Source: Escherichia coli (lineage in GTDB: Bacteria; Pseudomonadota; Gammaproteobacteria; Enterobacterales; Enterobacteriaceae). Taken from it: DNA of 64,000 bases. Below, piece after piece: positions 63,500 through 64,000 of this stretch; the stretch's first letter is position 1, and every line of letters starts with the position of its first letter. A program made the translations under genes and the position numbers. Location of the stretch: assembly GCF_030013595.1 (NCBI RefSeq), contig NZ_CP122768.1. The stretch is one strand, 5' to 3'. The notes under the pieces are model-generated. The model ran no database searches and was not told the DNA's origin. It saw only the letters and a program-made list of their open reading frames with translations.

Positions 63500-64000
63500 T
63501 CAGAAATTAAATTTGATGGAGTAGATTATTGCATCCTGGTAAAAATCTTCGCCCAGTTTGTCATCCGCATAACGATACTGAATCCCTGTGGTGATGTGTG
63601 AAGTTGCATTCCACCAAAGTGCGACGGCACCGTTCAGACCTTCTTTGCCGCCATTACCTGCCGCGTAGGTGGCATCACGATCAAACTCGTACTCGTTCCA
63701 GTTGGTGAGGGTGAATTTCTCATTGCCCAGCATAAAGCTGTAACCTGCAACCCAACCGGCTACATAGCCGTTGTCGCCAGTGTAATAGGTTTGATCTGTA
63801 TAACGCTTAGCAAAGAACGGTTTGAACCACCAACCGCTGCCGGTGAAATTGTAGCCGATCCCGTAAAGGAACATATCGTCATGGAAATTCACACGATTCG
63901 CAGAACCGTAGGTGCCATACGCATGCAAGTAGAGATTAAATCCGGTGTCACCCAGGTAAATACGGTTGGTATTTTTAAATGTATAACGCTGCTCGCTACC
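63500..64000 (-). CDS. yfeN: Tsx/OmpK-like outer-membrane beta-barrel protein (YfeN-like), C-terminal part; N-terminus beyond the window end
   Basis: C-terminal ...YSIKFNF with terminal Phe and alternating aromatic pattern typical of OM beta-barrels; position after yfeR. Confidence 0.6.
   Translation of the reverse strand, partial: GSEQRYTFKNTNRIYLGDTGFNLYLHAYGTYGSANRVNFHDDMFLYGIGYNFTGSGWWFKPFFAKRYTDQTYYTGDNGYVAGWVAGYSFMLGNEKFTLTNWNEYEFDRDATYAAGNGGKEGLNGAVALWWNATSHITTGIQYRYADDKLGEDFYQDAIIYSIKFNF

Overview
This window is an Escherichia coli-type chromosomal segment with about 60 recognisable core genes and three insertion sequences; I found no gene cluster that looks like a previously undescribed system. 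It is collinear, in reverse orientation, with the K-12 region ypfN-dapE-yffB-ypfM-acrD-narQ-aegA-nudK-ypfG-tktB-talA-maeB / eut operon / hemF-amiA / ypeA-yfeZYXW / murPQR / ucpA / cysPUWAM / yfeK-pdxK / crr-ptsI-ptsH / cysK-cysZ / zipA-ligA-ypeB / yfeH-yfeR-yfeN. Every ORF over 100 aa is a recognisable core gene, an IS transposase, or an antisense shadow ORF inside a GC-rich gene. The non-core content is: (1) a 1432-bp IS3-family element (IS1397-like) sitting inside a REP palindrome at 396-1827; (2) two apparently identical 1329-bp IS10 copies inserted independently, each with its own 9-bp target duplication, into eutJ and eutB. The IS10 copies are inverted with inside ends facing each other, so they bracket eutJ'-eutG-eutH-eutA-eutB' in a Tn10-like composite arrangement. 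The 17-gene ethanolamine-utilisation microcompartment operon is otherwise intact and lacks the K-12-specific CPZ-55 prophage between eutA and eutB. The findings therefore concern IS-driven inactivation and possible rewiring of the eut locus, plus small-scale features (REP and boxC-like repeats, the 19-aa small protein ypfM, terminators). All identifications come from reading the ORF-track translations and sequence, and from memory of E. coli gene families and gene order; no database search was run.
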